In this document: positions 13,086 to 26,832 of the stretch, in pieces
Position numbering within the stretch: the first letter of the stretch is position 1
How the letters are laid out: each line of letters begins with the position of its first letter
From: Ylistrum balloti
Taxonomy: Eukaryota
Assembly (NCBI RefSeq): GCF_031769215.1
Contig: NW_026782082.1
Span: forward strand, 868,001-932,000
DNA: 64,000 nt
Direction of reading: 5' to 3'
Program-made: the position numbers and the translations under genes
The notes under the pieces: model-generated
What the model was told of the DNA's origin: nothing
Databases searched by the model: none
What the model saw: only the letters and a program-made list of their open reading frames with translations

Positions 13086-15023
13086 ATTGTTATTGATGGT
13101 TGTCAGCTCGATGAATATCATGCCGAAATTTCGTCACGTGCCATCCAAAGCAAAAAATGGAGAAGTGCTTTGCTCATGGACACAATTACGAAAGCACAAG
13201 AGAGTCCGTTGCCGTTGCATCCCGAGAGGGGGTTAAATCACACGTCTCGGATCTTAACACGAAGTTGAAAAGTTCGACTTAGAGTATGACAGAGTTTAAA
13301 CGCGATGAAAATGCAGTTCAGTTATTTAGATGTGCTGTTACAAGTAATTTACTGAGTCACTTACATTCATGCAGGCGTTGATATCACAATTGCATGGTGT
13401 ATTCCTTAATCAGACAAATGTCATCTTAATGTTTGCTTCTTACGTTCGACTCACGTTATTCCAAGCGAAATGACAAGCGTGAGATTTACACTGATCCAGT
13501 TGCGTTCATTGACCTTTAAGCACTATTTGTAAAGGGATTCACGACGTCATAAACCTAGATAAGTGTCAACACATAGTGTATCCTTAATGAAAAAACTGGT
13601 ATTTACACTAAAACGTCCACCGAACCATGACCGCACACTTTGTCGAGATAGCCGATGACTATTCTAATGCTATAAACTGCGAAATAACAGATGCCCTGTT
13701 AAATCAAACGTTCTCGCAATAGCTCATATACGGAAAACAACGTTTTACAATCCATTTTATTACGCCATTCCTCTAGATAATTTTTTAAAGGCTGCTTATT
13801 AACATGTTTCTGAGATAAATAGAATCTATCTCTAAATAAAAAAATCAATATTTTTAAAGAATTCACAAGAGATCAAAGATTAAGTCTTTAGTGGAAAGTT
13901 GGCCATCTGTACGAGTCGTTATTTGACACAGAACGCTGACGTCATACATACAACTACTTAGAAGTCCTATAAACACTTTTATTCATCAGTAAAATACTTA
14001 AGACGATTCAGATGTTAATTCTCCTATAACAAAAAGCATCAAAAGAGTTTCAATGCTTAGGGTCATGAAACAATCGAGAGATTCTCGACTATAAAAAAAG
14101 GCTGGAAAATTTTTGACTCTAAAATGGCCATCAAAGCCGTTTCCGGCCTCGTTGAATGAGCGTGTTTTCGTTTGATATTTTAAAATCATTTTTACACCTG
14201 GTACGATGACTTACGTCATAGATTTTCATTGACGCTTTAACGTTATGAGATTATAAACGTACATAGCTATCTTAGTGTTTAACACTTTTGAACTCCTGTC
14301 TTTATTCCGAGAATCAATTTATATTGAAAATGGATATTGTAAAAATCTGTTTTGATATGAAATGTGAACTTCCCCGTTGGTTTTAGCCAATGAAATAGCT
14401 GGTGTTATATATCACGTGATAAGGTTTAGATTATAATCTTGAGTTTATTGTTTATTAAGTAAGATCAAATGAAAAGTTTTTTAAATTCATAATTGTATTG
14501 CCATAATTATACAAACATCCCAAAACAATCCAAGTCTTATCAAGTGAAAGTCTTCCATATCAACGGTTTTTTTATTTGAAAGTTTTTTTACTCTAAGTGG
14601 AATTTCCTTGTTAACCATCTGTTGTCCACTCAAATACACACGGTTTGTATTGCCTTTCGGCTATGTGAAAGAACTCCGTCAGCCAACAAAAATATGAAAA
14701 CAAATCCACATTATTAAGAAACTTCTATAATTTGATGGATATCCCATTTTGTACGAAACTATCGATTAGATTTTGATGTTACTTGGTATATCGAGCCACA
14801 GTTTCGTAACAAATGGTAGGTAATTTACCAAGCCGGATTAATTCCTCGAGTGTAGCGTTGATACGTGTCGTTATTTATGTTTACTTTGTAGTTAATCAAC
14901 TCATTCCAATGCCATTGCACCATGTTTATGAAAGTTAGACATTATTTGAATTGTTTCATGTTAACGTGAATATTGCGACAAAATGATATTTATTTTCTTA
15001 ATCTATCTCTTGATTTTTTTAAA

Positions 15024-15205
15024 TTAAACTTTATTTCACAACAGTTGCGAAACAAGGTTCGTCCAGGTTTAAGGGTTAGAGGGCTCTTTCGACAGGAGGC
15101 AAACTCACTTGATCGTGCAGGTGACCTCTCACCTTTTTACACCCGCTAGGGGCACCATACCTCACAACAGGAGCTACGAGGCGAGTGTTACCACTGCGCC
15201 GCCCG
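15024..15205 (-). mobile_element. Decayed tRNA-derived SINE (same family as 49058-49266)
   Basis: Head ggcggcgcagtggtaacactcgcct matches the 49.2-kb head gacgcagtggtaacgcactcgcct; tail ttgcgaaacaag shared with 49085. Confidence 0.65.
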
Positions 15206-16247
15206 ACACACTTTACATTTTAAATTAGCACTATATTGAAAAACAAATCAGAAGAAATCTGTCAACAAACATCGACGATAATGACCACTGGTCAACGGAG
15301 GTCAGAAATAATTCCATCAAATAAGACCTGTGATGATTTCTTGTTTTGGCTCCCGTCTGTATGGGATATTATTTTTGTTGGTATGTTATGTAAAGATGAG
15401 AGACTTCAACGAGACAATTTAATTGTTTTGTGATAACATAATTTTATGAAAATATTAGTTATGTATTTCAAATCTCCGTTACAGAATTATCATACTTCTT
15501 TTCTGAACTTGGTGAAATTTGTGTTTAAATTCGCTGGCTACAAACGTGTTTATGGCTCAATAAATCTCTTTTTAAGCCATCTCCTTCATTTGCTAAATAG
15601 CTGCCAGGCATTCTTCATCTAATATCAGAATAGTTTCTCTAGACATACACAAGTAATCAATCCTACATGCAGTATACTTTTAGATTTTATTAACTCATCA
15701 ACGAAATCCGGTTCAATTTATTGTGGATTTGAAGAAAACTACATTTGAAATAGTTTTCATAAAGAAATCAGTTTACTTATTAATACTGCTGCAACGAATT
15801 CGAAAATCTATAACAGATGTAGAAAAATGCAACAACAAAGTTATTTGAAATTCGTATCTCTTTCACGTTTTAACATCCGAGTGTTTAGTTTCTGTCTTCT
15901 TGAACTAAGTCCTGTAAATTCTCGGCTTTCCTAAAGAACATATGGTTTTAACGTTCAGAGGCTGTTGCGAACGCCACTAAATATAAAAAACAATCAAAGA
16001 ATTCCGAATAATATATACGATAGTTTTGTGATGTTTTAGAGCCAGATATATCATTGAAACGTGTCCATCTGGCCATGCTATTTCTGAACTATCCTAACAC
16101 GTACATGGCCTTCTACTTATGTAATGGATAAAAATGATTGTTTATTTGTAGCAAACATCAAACAAATATATGTTCGCTGCTTATTGTAATCAAAAATTAA
16201 AAAAAGAAAACAAACAAACGTTTATCGTTTGTTTTGATCCAACACCA

Positions 16248-17275
16248 AACTATCGACCGTTCATCTCTTAATGTCATCAAACACCAAACTCTCAACCGTT
16301 CATCTCTTAATGTAATCAAACACCAAACTATCGACCGATCATCTCTTAATGTAATCAAACACCAAACTATCAACCGTCCATCTCTTAATGTAATCAAACA
16401 CCAAACTCTCAACCGTTCATCTCTTAATGTAATCAAACACCAAACTATTAACAGTTCATCTCTTAATGTAATCAAACATCAAACTATCAACTGTTCATCT
16501 CTTAATGTCATGAAACACCAAACTATCGACCATTCATCTCTTAATGTAATCAAACATCAAAATATCTAACCGTTCATCTCTTAATGTCATCAAACACCAA
16601 ACTATCGACCGTTCATCTCTTAATGTAATCAAACACCAAACTCTCAACCGTTCATCTCTTAATGTAATCAAACACCAAACTATCGACCGATCATCTCTTA
16701 ATGTAATCAAACACCAAACTATCAACCGTTCATCTCTTAATGTCATCAAACATCAAACTATCGACCGTTCATCTCTTAATGTAATCAAACACCAAACTCT
16801 CAACCGTTCATCTCTTAATGTAATCAAACACCAAACTCTCAACCGTTCATCTCTTAATGTAATCAAACACCAAACTATCGACCGATCATCTCTTAATGTA
16901 ATCAAACACCAAACTATCAACCGTTCATCTCTTAATGTCATCAAACATCAAACTACCGACCGTTCATCTCTTAATGTAATCAAACACCAAACTCTCAACC
17001 GTTCATCTCTTAATGTAATCAAACACCAAACTCTCAACCGTTCATCTCTTAATGTAATCAAACACCAAACTATCAACTGTTCATCTCTTAATATCATGAA
17101 ACACCAAACTATTAACAGTTCATCTCTTAATGTAATCAAACATCAAACTATCGACCGTTCATCTCTTAATGTAATCAAACACCAAACTCTCAACCGTTCA
17201 TCTCTTAATGTAATCAAACACCAAACTCTCAACCGTTCATCTCTTAATGTAATCAAACACCAAACTATCAATCAT
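16248..17275. repeat. 39-bp minisatellite, ~26 copies
   Basis: Unit aaacaccaaactatcgaccgttcatctcttaatgtaatc. Confidence 0.98.
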
Positions 17276-18469
17276 TCGCAGCTGATTGCATTAAACGCCA
17301 TACAAACAACAAGAAGGCGATAAGTTAATTACTTCAGGCTAATTAATGCACATTTTCCATACTACTTTGTCTTTCTTTGCTACAAGGACAAAGTGGGAAA
17401 CGGGAAGCACACTCATCATACTGAAAACCCACACAAAATAAACAGATGTGACGTCAAACTTAAGACAATTCGTTATTGATACAAGAAAACTAATAGCATG
17501 TTTATGAAACTCGTCCGTCAAAATTTCTTTATCGTGTTTTTGTGACCGATATTTTAGTAAAGTCTGATCGATTTGTCCCCATGTCGATTAGAGTTGTCTT
17601 CCTAAACAAAGCGAGGACCTCTATATCTCGACAAAACACCACATGATGAATGACACTTAAGTGTTTTGTTATTTCATAACAGCTTATGACATAGACGTCT
17701 TTCAATAATGGTCTTTATTGTCCGTTTATAGTGATGTCGAGGGTCATTTTGAAATTAACGACCAAAACAGATAACACCCACATATTAATTTGAAAAAGAA
17801 AATTGAAATAAGACATAAATAGAGAAATCTATATACTTATTTTTTAAAAATCGATAACTTTGTAAACATAACTTTGTAACCCCAAATGGGAAAATCGATG
17901 ATGACAATAAAATTGAAAGTATGGACTAAATATAATAAACGTGCAGATCAGTATAGCGCCTTATTTGTTTGTTTTGTTTATGTATTTATTTATTTAATTA
18001 AATGTACTTATAAAAATCAACATACAGAACTTACAAAAGAGATCAAATAATCTGCATGCAAATCAAAAACAGAAGTCACGTTTCTGAAATACAAAACACG
18101 AGTGACGTTGTTTTTGAAACACGAGCTTTGTGCAACAAAAATAACTTATTTAAGATAAATGGCGGTTATTATGGTGACCCGAGCGTCATTTAAGTTCTTA
18201 AGTGATCCATTTTATTGATCCTACATAGCATTTATGACAAGTTGGATATTTTTCCTTATCCCTGATAATCTTTGATAATCTCTGAAACAGTAAGGGGTAA
18301 ACCCACAGCAGTATATAGGCTACCCAGGTCAAAGCCTCTCCGTAAGACTGACAACGTCACTTCTACGCTTGCAGCCTATATCAATTCATTAATAGTATAT
18401 CTTCATTGGAGAAAATGTCATAGATAGTCGGATGGGACAGAAGTCAACGTAATCGCGTTTTAGAAATAC

Positions 18470-18570
18470 GAAGGGGGTTCGATTCCATAATCGAACTTCA
18501 AAAACTATGGCCACCCAGCCCACCTAGGATTTCCTCGTGAATTCCATTGTCCTTCCGCATCACACGCGTC
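18470..18570 (+). mobile_element. Possible highly decayed SINE fragment
   Basis: B-box ggttcgattcc followed by ggatttcctcgtgaattcc, a weak V-core resemblance. Confidence 0.3.
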
Positions 18571-19673
18571 TATATTGTTCAACTAATATATGTTGGTTGA
18601 ATTTGTTACGTTGCATGAAAATGAGGTAGAAAGCATATCTCCCTTCTCCCCTTTCTGATCTCTCAGAGTAACTGCCCTTTGTTTCACTCTTTCAGTGGTG
18701 TAGCGATAATCTAAACAGCCGATGGGGGCCGAGAATGCCTCCTCCCTTACCGGTATTTTATTGTAGACTCGCCAGTCTAAAACATTTTAGTCTGGACCTA
18801 GTCCCACGATGCGTCGATGTGATCAATTTACCGAGAATAGCTATACTAAGTTTTTTCTTTAAAGTTTGACAATCAGAATGAAATGACATAAAGCTACTTT
18901 TTTGACCTTGATAAACTCCTTATTTGTGACATCTAGTTGTCTAACTTTTCATCTTTACATTTAAGCTTCTTTGGCTGCATACGGAACAAACCACGTTCTT
19001 TTGATGCACAAAAATAACCATGATGCTATATAATGCTTGAGTATTTGTCCTTGAGGCATTCCATCCACGATTAAGATTTTAATCACCTTAATTTTACCTG
19101 CCAAACGTCCCGTTTCAATAGCCATTCAAAAGTCTTAGGTCCCATGGAATGCAGAGCTCTTCCAAGATCAATCTTCCTAGAAGTTATTACATAATCAACA
19201 GACGACGAAAGCTTGAGCGGGGGCACTTCACATCACAACATGACAGAAGGATTTAAATGACGTCATTCGTGTTTGATTTCCGTTAGAAAAGCAGAGCGAT
19301 AAAAACAAAAAATGCATATCTATTCTATTGTACAGTGCACATGTAACAATTGTAAATTAGTCTCAGGTCGTCAATAGGTACCATTTCGTTATATCGTCGG
19401 CGAATTTAAAGGAATATTTTGCCATCGTGTGCTTAAGGGTGAAGAGACGAGAACTAAAAAAATATAAGCGGTCGTAAAAGTTGTAAAGGATGACAGAAGG
19501 AACATTACGGAGGTTAAAAATTATCCTTAGCAACGAAGGGCAAACATCAGTCACCTTAGATTTGGTTTGTTTGTCATCAAAATTGCATGCGTTACGTCTA
19601 CTTAAGAATTAAACATATTTAGATGAAAAACAACTTGGGTAAAAATATAGTTCCTTGTCAGGTCCTGAATAAC

Positions 19674-20500
19674 TGTGACCAATATCGATCATAAATTTTC
19701 TGTGACCAATATCGATCATTGATTTACTGTGACCAATATCTATCACTGATTTTCTGTGACCAATATCGATCATTGATTTACTGTGACCAATATCTATCAT
19801 TGCTTTTCTGTGACCAATATCGATCATTGATTTTCTGTGACCAATATCGGTCACTGATTTTCTTTGACCAATATCGATCACTGATTTTCTGTGACCAATA
19901 TCGATCATTAATTTTCTATGACCAATATAGATCATAAATTTTCTGTGACCAATATCGATCATCGATTTTCTGTGACTAATATCGATCATTGATTTTCTTT
20001 GACCAATATCGATCATTGATTTTCTGTGACCAATATCGATCACTGATTTTCTTTGACCAATATCGATCTCCGATTTACTGTGACCAATATTGATCATTGA
20101 TTTTCTTTGACCAATATCGATCATTGATTTACTGTGACCAATATCGGTCACTGATTTTCTGTGACCAATATCGATCATTAATTTTCTGTGACCAGTATTG
20201 ATCATCGATTTTCTGTGACCAATATCGATCATTGATTTTCTTTGACCAATATTGATCATTGATTTTCTTTGACCAATATCGATCATTGATTTACTGTGAC
20301 CAATATCGGTCACTGATTTTCTGTGACCAATATCGATCATTAATTTTCTGTGACCAGTATTGATCCTCGATTTTCTGTGACCAATATCGATCATTGATTT
20401 TCTGTGAACAATATCGATCATTGATTTTCTGTGACCAACATTGATCATTGATTTTCTCTGACCAATATCGGTCACTGATTTGCCTTGACTAATATTGACC
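19674..20500. repeat. 27-bp minisatellite, ~30 copies
   Basis: Unit tgtgaccaatatcgatcattgattttc. Confidence 0.98.
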
Positions 20501-22412
20501 TCAGATTTAATGTCAACATTTAGAAGATTTAGGTCTTAATCATGTTGTGACAAATTCTCAGCGAAAATACCATACCAATTATGGGCTGATAACGCGCACG
20601 AACCCGCCTGATCCAAGGCGTCAGTTTCAGTGTCCTGAGCCCCTCTGTGAGCTCATTAGTATAAAGTTCACAATTATTGTCGTAACCGGTGGGTAGGAAC
20701 AGGTTAAGATTTCTCGTGATGAGTGACACAATCAAAGCAACAGCGAGAGAAATTATTTATCTAAACTCAAAAACGGAGAGACGTAAATTTCTCCATTTGC
20801 CTATAGGGGATGAAAACAAAGGGAGATAAGAAAGCCTCACCCCCTTTCCTTTGCACTCTATGCTTGTCATATCTAACGCTCTTTATCAGGACACTTTGTC
20901 TGTATATCTCTCTTGCTTCAGGAACTCTTAGAACAGCGAACAGTCTCTCATCGCCAGCGGCCTATAGAAGCTTAGCTCTCCAGTGTGATATCGGCGTCAA
21001 AGATTCGGTCTATAGTACCTTGTTAGTTTGCTTTTACGACTTTCACACATTTTTATCAAATGGAAGGATTACACTTTCAATAACCGTGGCATCAAGAATG
21101 ATTTAAAACATATTACTACTGAAAGGAACAACAGATGTGGAAAAGTGATTACAAGTTTGTCTTCTTTTTAAAATATTTAAGGGTATGTAATCACAACTTA
21201 ATGAGAAAATAGATACGATCAATTTATGGCACCGAATTGTTTATTTTACACAAGCTTTATCCGGGAAGTGATACTAAGTTTGCAATTTTTTTGTTATTGG
21301 GGTCAAATCTATTGTTTATACAAACTAGGCAACTGGATGGTTTCCAAAGGGACTGAGTTAAGTACATGTTTAAGCCTTTTAGTAGTGTGTTCACAGTACT
21401 TTTTTTATTTGATTTTTTTTTATTTTTACAATTTTCAACATTTTACATGTATATTTCACGCTTTCTCATGAAGGAAAACTTCAAACTTTTTTTCAAATTA
21501 TGTTAAAAATATCGCTCTATATTTTTCTGTAATATAACTGTAGTTAAAGCTGTATGGTATGTTACGTTTCAAGCCCCGTGTGTGGTTCGTATTTGAGTTA
21601 AGGGTATATCCTGCATTTTATATAATTCAAAAACTAATAAAAAATTTACAAAGTTTTACTCCATAATACACAAATTATGTCAAGTGTATTAGAAATATGT
21701 TTTTTTGTTTATATCAGATTTCTTTTTCATTTTATTTTGATTTTAAATAAGTTTAAATTAAAGTTTAAATCAATCTTCAGTAAGCTATATATATATACAC
21801 ATATATATCGTATATGGTACTCAGGTGTGACACACTTACCTATCTGGAATAACATTTGTTTTAAGATCAGCGCATCTTTATGAATTATGAATCGATCCAC
21901 CCTAAGCCAGACTTCATAACAGAAGTATGTCAAACAGACATGAAATTAAGTGAACCATACATCTGCACGTGCAGCAGGATACTCCCACAGAATTTGCCCG
22001 AATACTCAAATATCAGCTAAGTCTGTAAATATTGAGGATACATTCGTAGATTACAAGTGCTGATTGAAACAGAATACATGGCTATGTATTGAGATCTTGT
22101 CAATCACCGCCGAGATAGCAAGTTTTACGCTGAAACTCTCACGCCTTGGAGATATGAAAATAAGATTTTACTCAAATTGACTTTCGTCCAGATTACAACA
22201 GAATCTCGTTATTGGCTTTATCCGTGTGTTCTTTAGTATCTATAAAATAAACTTACACACCTTGTCTATTAACAAGGGAAGTGACCAAGACTCGGTCTGA
22301 AATATTGTTGGTAAATTTAAAATTAGGGGTAGTCTGCTGCTCCTATCATGTCTTTGTGCACAATAGTGATGGACAACTTCAGACAAATTAAAGTGTTAAC
22401 ATTAAAACCGTT

Positions 22413-22933
22413 TAATTATTATTTCCCTCAAAGTCAAGGAATGCACTTTCGTTTTCTTCAATAGTTTTCTTCATTTTATTTTTTACATTTTCATGTAATA
22501 GTGAAAATTAGAACTCTCAAAGATCCCAATCTTTGCAGTTTATGAAAGAATTATAGTGACATGGAGTAAATAGACAATTATTATTAAGGAACCCGATTTA
22601 CCTCAAAGTCAAGGAATGCACTTTCGTATTCTTCAATAGTTTTCTTCATTTTTTTTAACATTTTCATGTAATTGTGAAAATTAGAACTCTCTGAGATCAA
22701 AAAGATCACAATCTTTGCAGTATATGAAAGAAGTACAGTGAAGTGGAATATATAGACAATTATGATTAAGGGACTCAATTTCCCCTCGAAGTCAAGGAAT
22801 GCACTTTCGTTTTCTTCATTAGTTTTATTCATTTTTCAAAACATTTTCACGTAATAGTTAAAATAAGAACTCTCAAAGATCACAATTTTTGCAGTATATG
22901 AAGAATTACAGTGACGTGGAGCATATAGACAAT
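22413..22933. repeat. ~175-183-bp satellite-like tandem repeat, 3 diverged copies
   Basis: tc(a/g)aagtcaaggaatgcactttcgt at 22428, 22603 and 22786. Confidence 0.95.
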
Positions 22934-23697
22934 AGGCATCTTTTGATCTAAGACATAAAGGTTACAACCGCCAGAGTATGTGTGATTATTTAAGCACGAT
23001 TGTTCTGTTTGCCAATAAACAGGTTCCTATTACAATCATATCATTAGTATTTATCTAAGAGTACATGTGCTCTTTTGTTCTTTTAAGGCAGAGGACACGT
23101 GACACGCTCGGTCGTGCTGTGCACGTGCTGTGTGTCAAGACGATTAGATAGCAGTCGTCACCATAAACTACGAAGACATGCATATAACCATAGACATGAA
23201 ATGCACGTGCATTGTTACCCCGTGTTCATCTGGATTGTCGTCATCATCTTACGAGTATACGTAATTGATCATATTAAAACCGACATATTCGTTGCGAAAT
23301 GCACGCACATCTCCAAGAATGTTTGTGGCCCGTCAATAACGTTATAGTGTACGCGATATCATTTCATCAAGATAAGGAACCATCTATTGACAAGGTGAGG
23401 AAGGCAACATCTTGACTGACATAATCAGCGGTAGAAATATCTTATTATCGCTCGTTATCGATAATGGATATTTTATGGACTAGTTAGGCCTGGCGTATTC
23501 TGTCGAGCAAGAGTTTGTCGTCATACTGGGTCGGGAATGCTTAAGGACGAATTAACTGGCGGATAAAATGCGACATTTGTGTTTGTTTCTGCTCAGTTTT
23601 GATTTTAAGCCAGATACGAAATCCAATTTAGACACCAGTGTCAATGATAGTTTTTTTTTTCTTTCTTAATTCTCTACTATGCAACTTGCATATCTAT

Positions 23698-23810
23698 CCC
23701 CAAAGTTCTCCCCTCCCCCACCTTTCCCTTACGATCCATCCCCCACCCCCCCACCCCCCCCCTCACCCCACACCCCCCATCCCATTCCTCACCTCCATCC
23801 CCTCCACATT
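23698..23810. other. C-rich tract (G-rich minus strand)
   Basis: More than 10 runs of CCC to CCCCCCCC in ~110 bp. Confidence 0.8.
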
Positions 23811-24555
23811 ATAACCATTATATTAAAAATATGTTGCTATGTCTTATTCTAAAAAAACTGTTAAACTTGTAGATACTTTAAATACCGTTGTAGTATCAAA
23901 CAGTTTTGTCATTACATCACGTGACAATCAATCAATCATGTCTCTCGTGAGATCTGTGTTAATAATGTTTTTTTCTCACAAGAAGTAACCTCAATGGTAA
24001 CACGTTATTATATATGTACATATAAACTATCCACTACTGAGCTTGTATCTGCTGGAGAGGTCTGATTCCGTCACTTACCGAAATGCTTAAACATAAAACA
24101 TCAATTAAACACTATTTAGATTTAGCCGACATGTCTGTGCACTTTTCTATTCCATTTTTTTACATCCATAAATAAAGTAATGTAAACAAATGTTTATTGT
24201 TTCCAACCTATGTACATTCCTTAAACTGTCTCCCTCTAATTGACTCGCACTTTTATCAGCACTTACAGAATTTTGATCAAAATTGAAATTCACTCTCGAG
24301 GCAAATAAAGTACTTGTCACATCAAATGTAGTGTAAATGGAAAGAAAAATAGCTTGATTACCACGAAATAAATACCACTCCCCTCACTACCTCTCCAATC
24401 ACTACCACTTTCCTCATTACCATTTCCTTCGCTAGCTCATAACTATGTTCCCTCTCCATACAATTCATTACCAACCACATCAAACCACGTCCTTCATTAC
24501 CACTTCTCATTACCACTCATCTCACAACCACTCCCCTCATTACCACTCCTATTAC

Positions 24556-24870
24556 TACCACTTCCCTCGTCTCAAATCCTCTAACTATCATTCCCCACCC
24601 CCCACCTCCGATCATCCACTCCTCTCTCTACCTCTCCCCTCACTACCAATTCTTTTACTACCACTCCTCTGACTACCACTACCCACGTCACAAATCCTCT
24701 AACTATCATCCCCCACCCCCCACCTCCGATCATCCCTCCTCTCTCTACCTCTCTCCTCACTACCAATTCTTTTACTACCACTCCTCTGACTACCACTACC
24801 CTCGTCACAAATCCTCTATCATCCCCACCCCCACCTCCGATCATCCACTCCTCTCTCTACCTCTCTCCTC
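24556..24870. repeat. ~118-bp repeat, ~3 copies, at the left end of the 15-mer array
   Basis: caaatcctct at 24573, 24691 and 24808; ccccacccccacctccgatcatcc recurs. Confidence 0.9.
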
Positions 24871-26490
24871 ACTACCACTCCTCTCATCACCACTCCCCTA
24901 ACTACCACTCCTCTGACTACCACTCCCCTCATTACCACTCCCCTCACTACCACTCCTCTGACTACCACTCCCCTCACTACCACTCCCCTCACTACCACTC
25001 CCATCACTACCACTCCCCTCATCACCACTCCTCTGACTACCACTCCTCTGACTACCACTCCCCTCACTACCACTCCCCTCATCACCACTCCTCTGACTAC
25101 CACTCCCCTCACTACCACTCCTCTGACTACCACTCCCCTCATTACCACTCCCATCACTACCACTCCTCTGACTACCACTCCTCTGACTACCACTCCCTCA
25201 CTACCACTCCCTCACTACCACTCCCCTCACTACCACTCCCCTCACTACCACTCCCATCACTACCACTCCTCTGACTACCACTCCTCTGACTACCACTCCC
25301 CTCACTACCACTCCCATCACTACCACTCCTCTGACTACCACTCCCCTCACTATCACTCCCCTCACTACCACTCCCCTCACTCCACACCCCTCACTACCAC
25401 TCCCATCACTACCATTCCTCTGACTACCACTCCTCTGACTACCACTCCCCTCACTACCACTACCCTCATCACCACTCCTCTGACTACCACTCCCCTCACT
25501 ACCACTCCTCTGACTACCACTCCCCTCATTACCACTCCCATCACTACCACTCCTCTGACTACCACTCCTCTGACTACCACTCCCCTCACTACCACTCCCC
25601 TCACTACCACTCCCCTCACTACCACTCCCATCACTACCACTCCTCTGACTACCACTCCTCTTACTACCACTCCCCTCACTACCACTCCCCTCACTACCAC
25701 TCCCCTCACTACCACTCCCATCACTACCACTCCCATCACTATCACTCCTCTGACTACCACTCCCTCACTACCACTCCCTCACTACCACTCCCCTCACTAC
25801 CACTCCCCTCACTACCACTCCCATCACTACCACTCCTCTGACTACCACTCCTCTGACTACCACTCCCATCACTACCACTCCCATCACTACCACTCCTCTG
25901 ACTACCACTCCCCTCACTATCACTCCCCTCACTACCACTCCCCTCACTCCACACCCCTCACTACCACTCCCATCACTACCATTCCTCTGACTACCACTCC
26001 TCTGACTACCACTCCCCTCACTACCACTACCCTCATCACCACTCCTCTGACTACCACTCCCCTCACTACCACTCCTCTGACTACCACTCCCCTCATTACC
26101 ACTCCCATCACTACCACTCCTCTGACTACCACTCCTCTGACTACCACTCCCCTCACTACCACTCCCCTCACTACCACTCCCCTCACTACCACTCCCATCA
26201 CTACCACTCCTCTGACTACCACTCCTCTTACTACCACTCCCCTCACTACCACTCCCCTCACTACCACTCCCCTCACTACCACTCCCATCACTACCACTCC
26301 CATCACTATCACTCCTCTGACTACCACTCCTCTGACTACCACTCCGCTCACTACCACTCCCCTCACTCCACACCCCTCACTACCACTCCCATCACTACCA
26401 CTCCTCTGACTACCACTCCTCTGACTACCACTCCCCTCACTACCACTCCCATCACTACCACTACTCTGACTACCACTCCCCTCATTATCA
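24870..26490. repeat. 15-bp minisatellite (TCACTACCACTCCCC family), ~105 copies
   Basis: Variants cccct/cccat/ctctg + (c/g)actaccact; degenerate copies extend left to ~24370. Confidence 0.98.
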
Positions 26491-26642
26491 TTCTCCGCTT
26501 TACCACCTTCTGCCCCATCTCCTTGGTCCGTAATTGGTGTTATATCCCCTTGACCGTTAAAGCCAGTGCAGTCCACGTGACCTTTGGGGTCTGTCCCGAC
26601 TGCGTTACTGTTGCCCGTCCACATCGTGCTGTTGTAAATTAA

Positions 26643-26830
26643 GGGCCGTAAGCTCAGACAGTAGATAGTAGATCTTTAAAAGGTGAAGATCCGGGGTGTT
26701 TGGTTCGCTTTCCGCTGGTTTTAGTTTTGTTTCTGGAAGAGCAGTGAAACAAACTTGTCTGTGCTTTGTTTTGTCCTTGGGTAAAATACTTTACCCTAAT
26801 AGTAGTGGACGGCATGCTACGGTCCCTCAG
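26643..26830 (+). mobile_element. Decayed CORE-type tRNA-SINE
   Basis: A-box-like agctcag, B-box-like ggttcgctttcc, then gtccttgggtaaaatactttaccct (MIR/CORE-like); similar to 31985-32045. Confidence 0.55.
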
Positions 26831-26832
26831 GA

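Noticed and set aside
19609-20475. 288-aa MIDIGHRKS ORF
   Set aside because: Translation of the 27-bp array with no unique flanking domain.
24370-26490. Telomere-like G-rich repeat
   Set aside because: The unit is not TTAGGG-derived and the array is interstitial.
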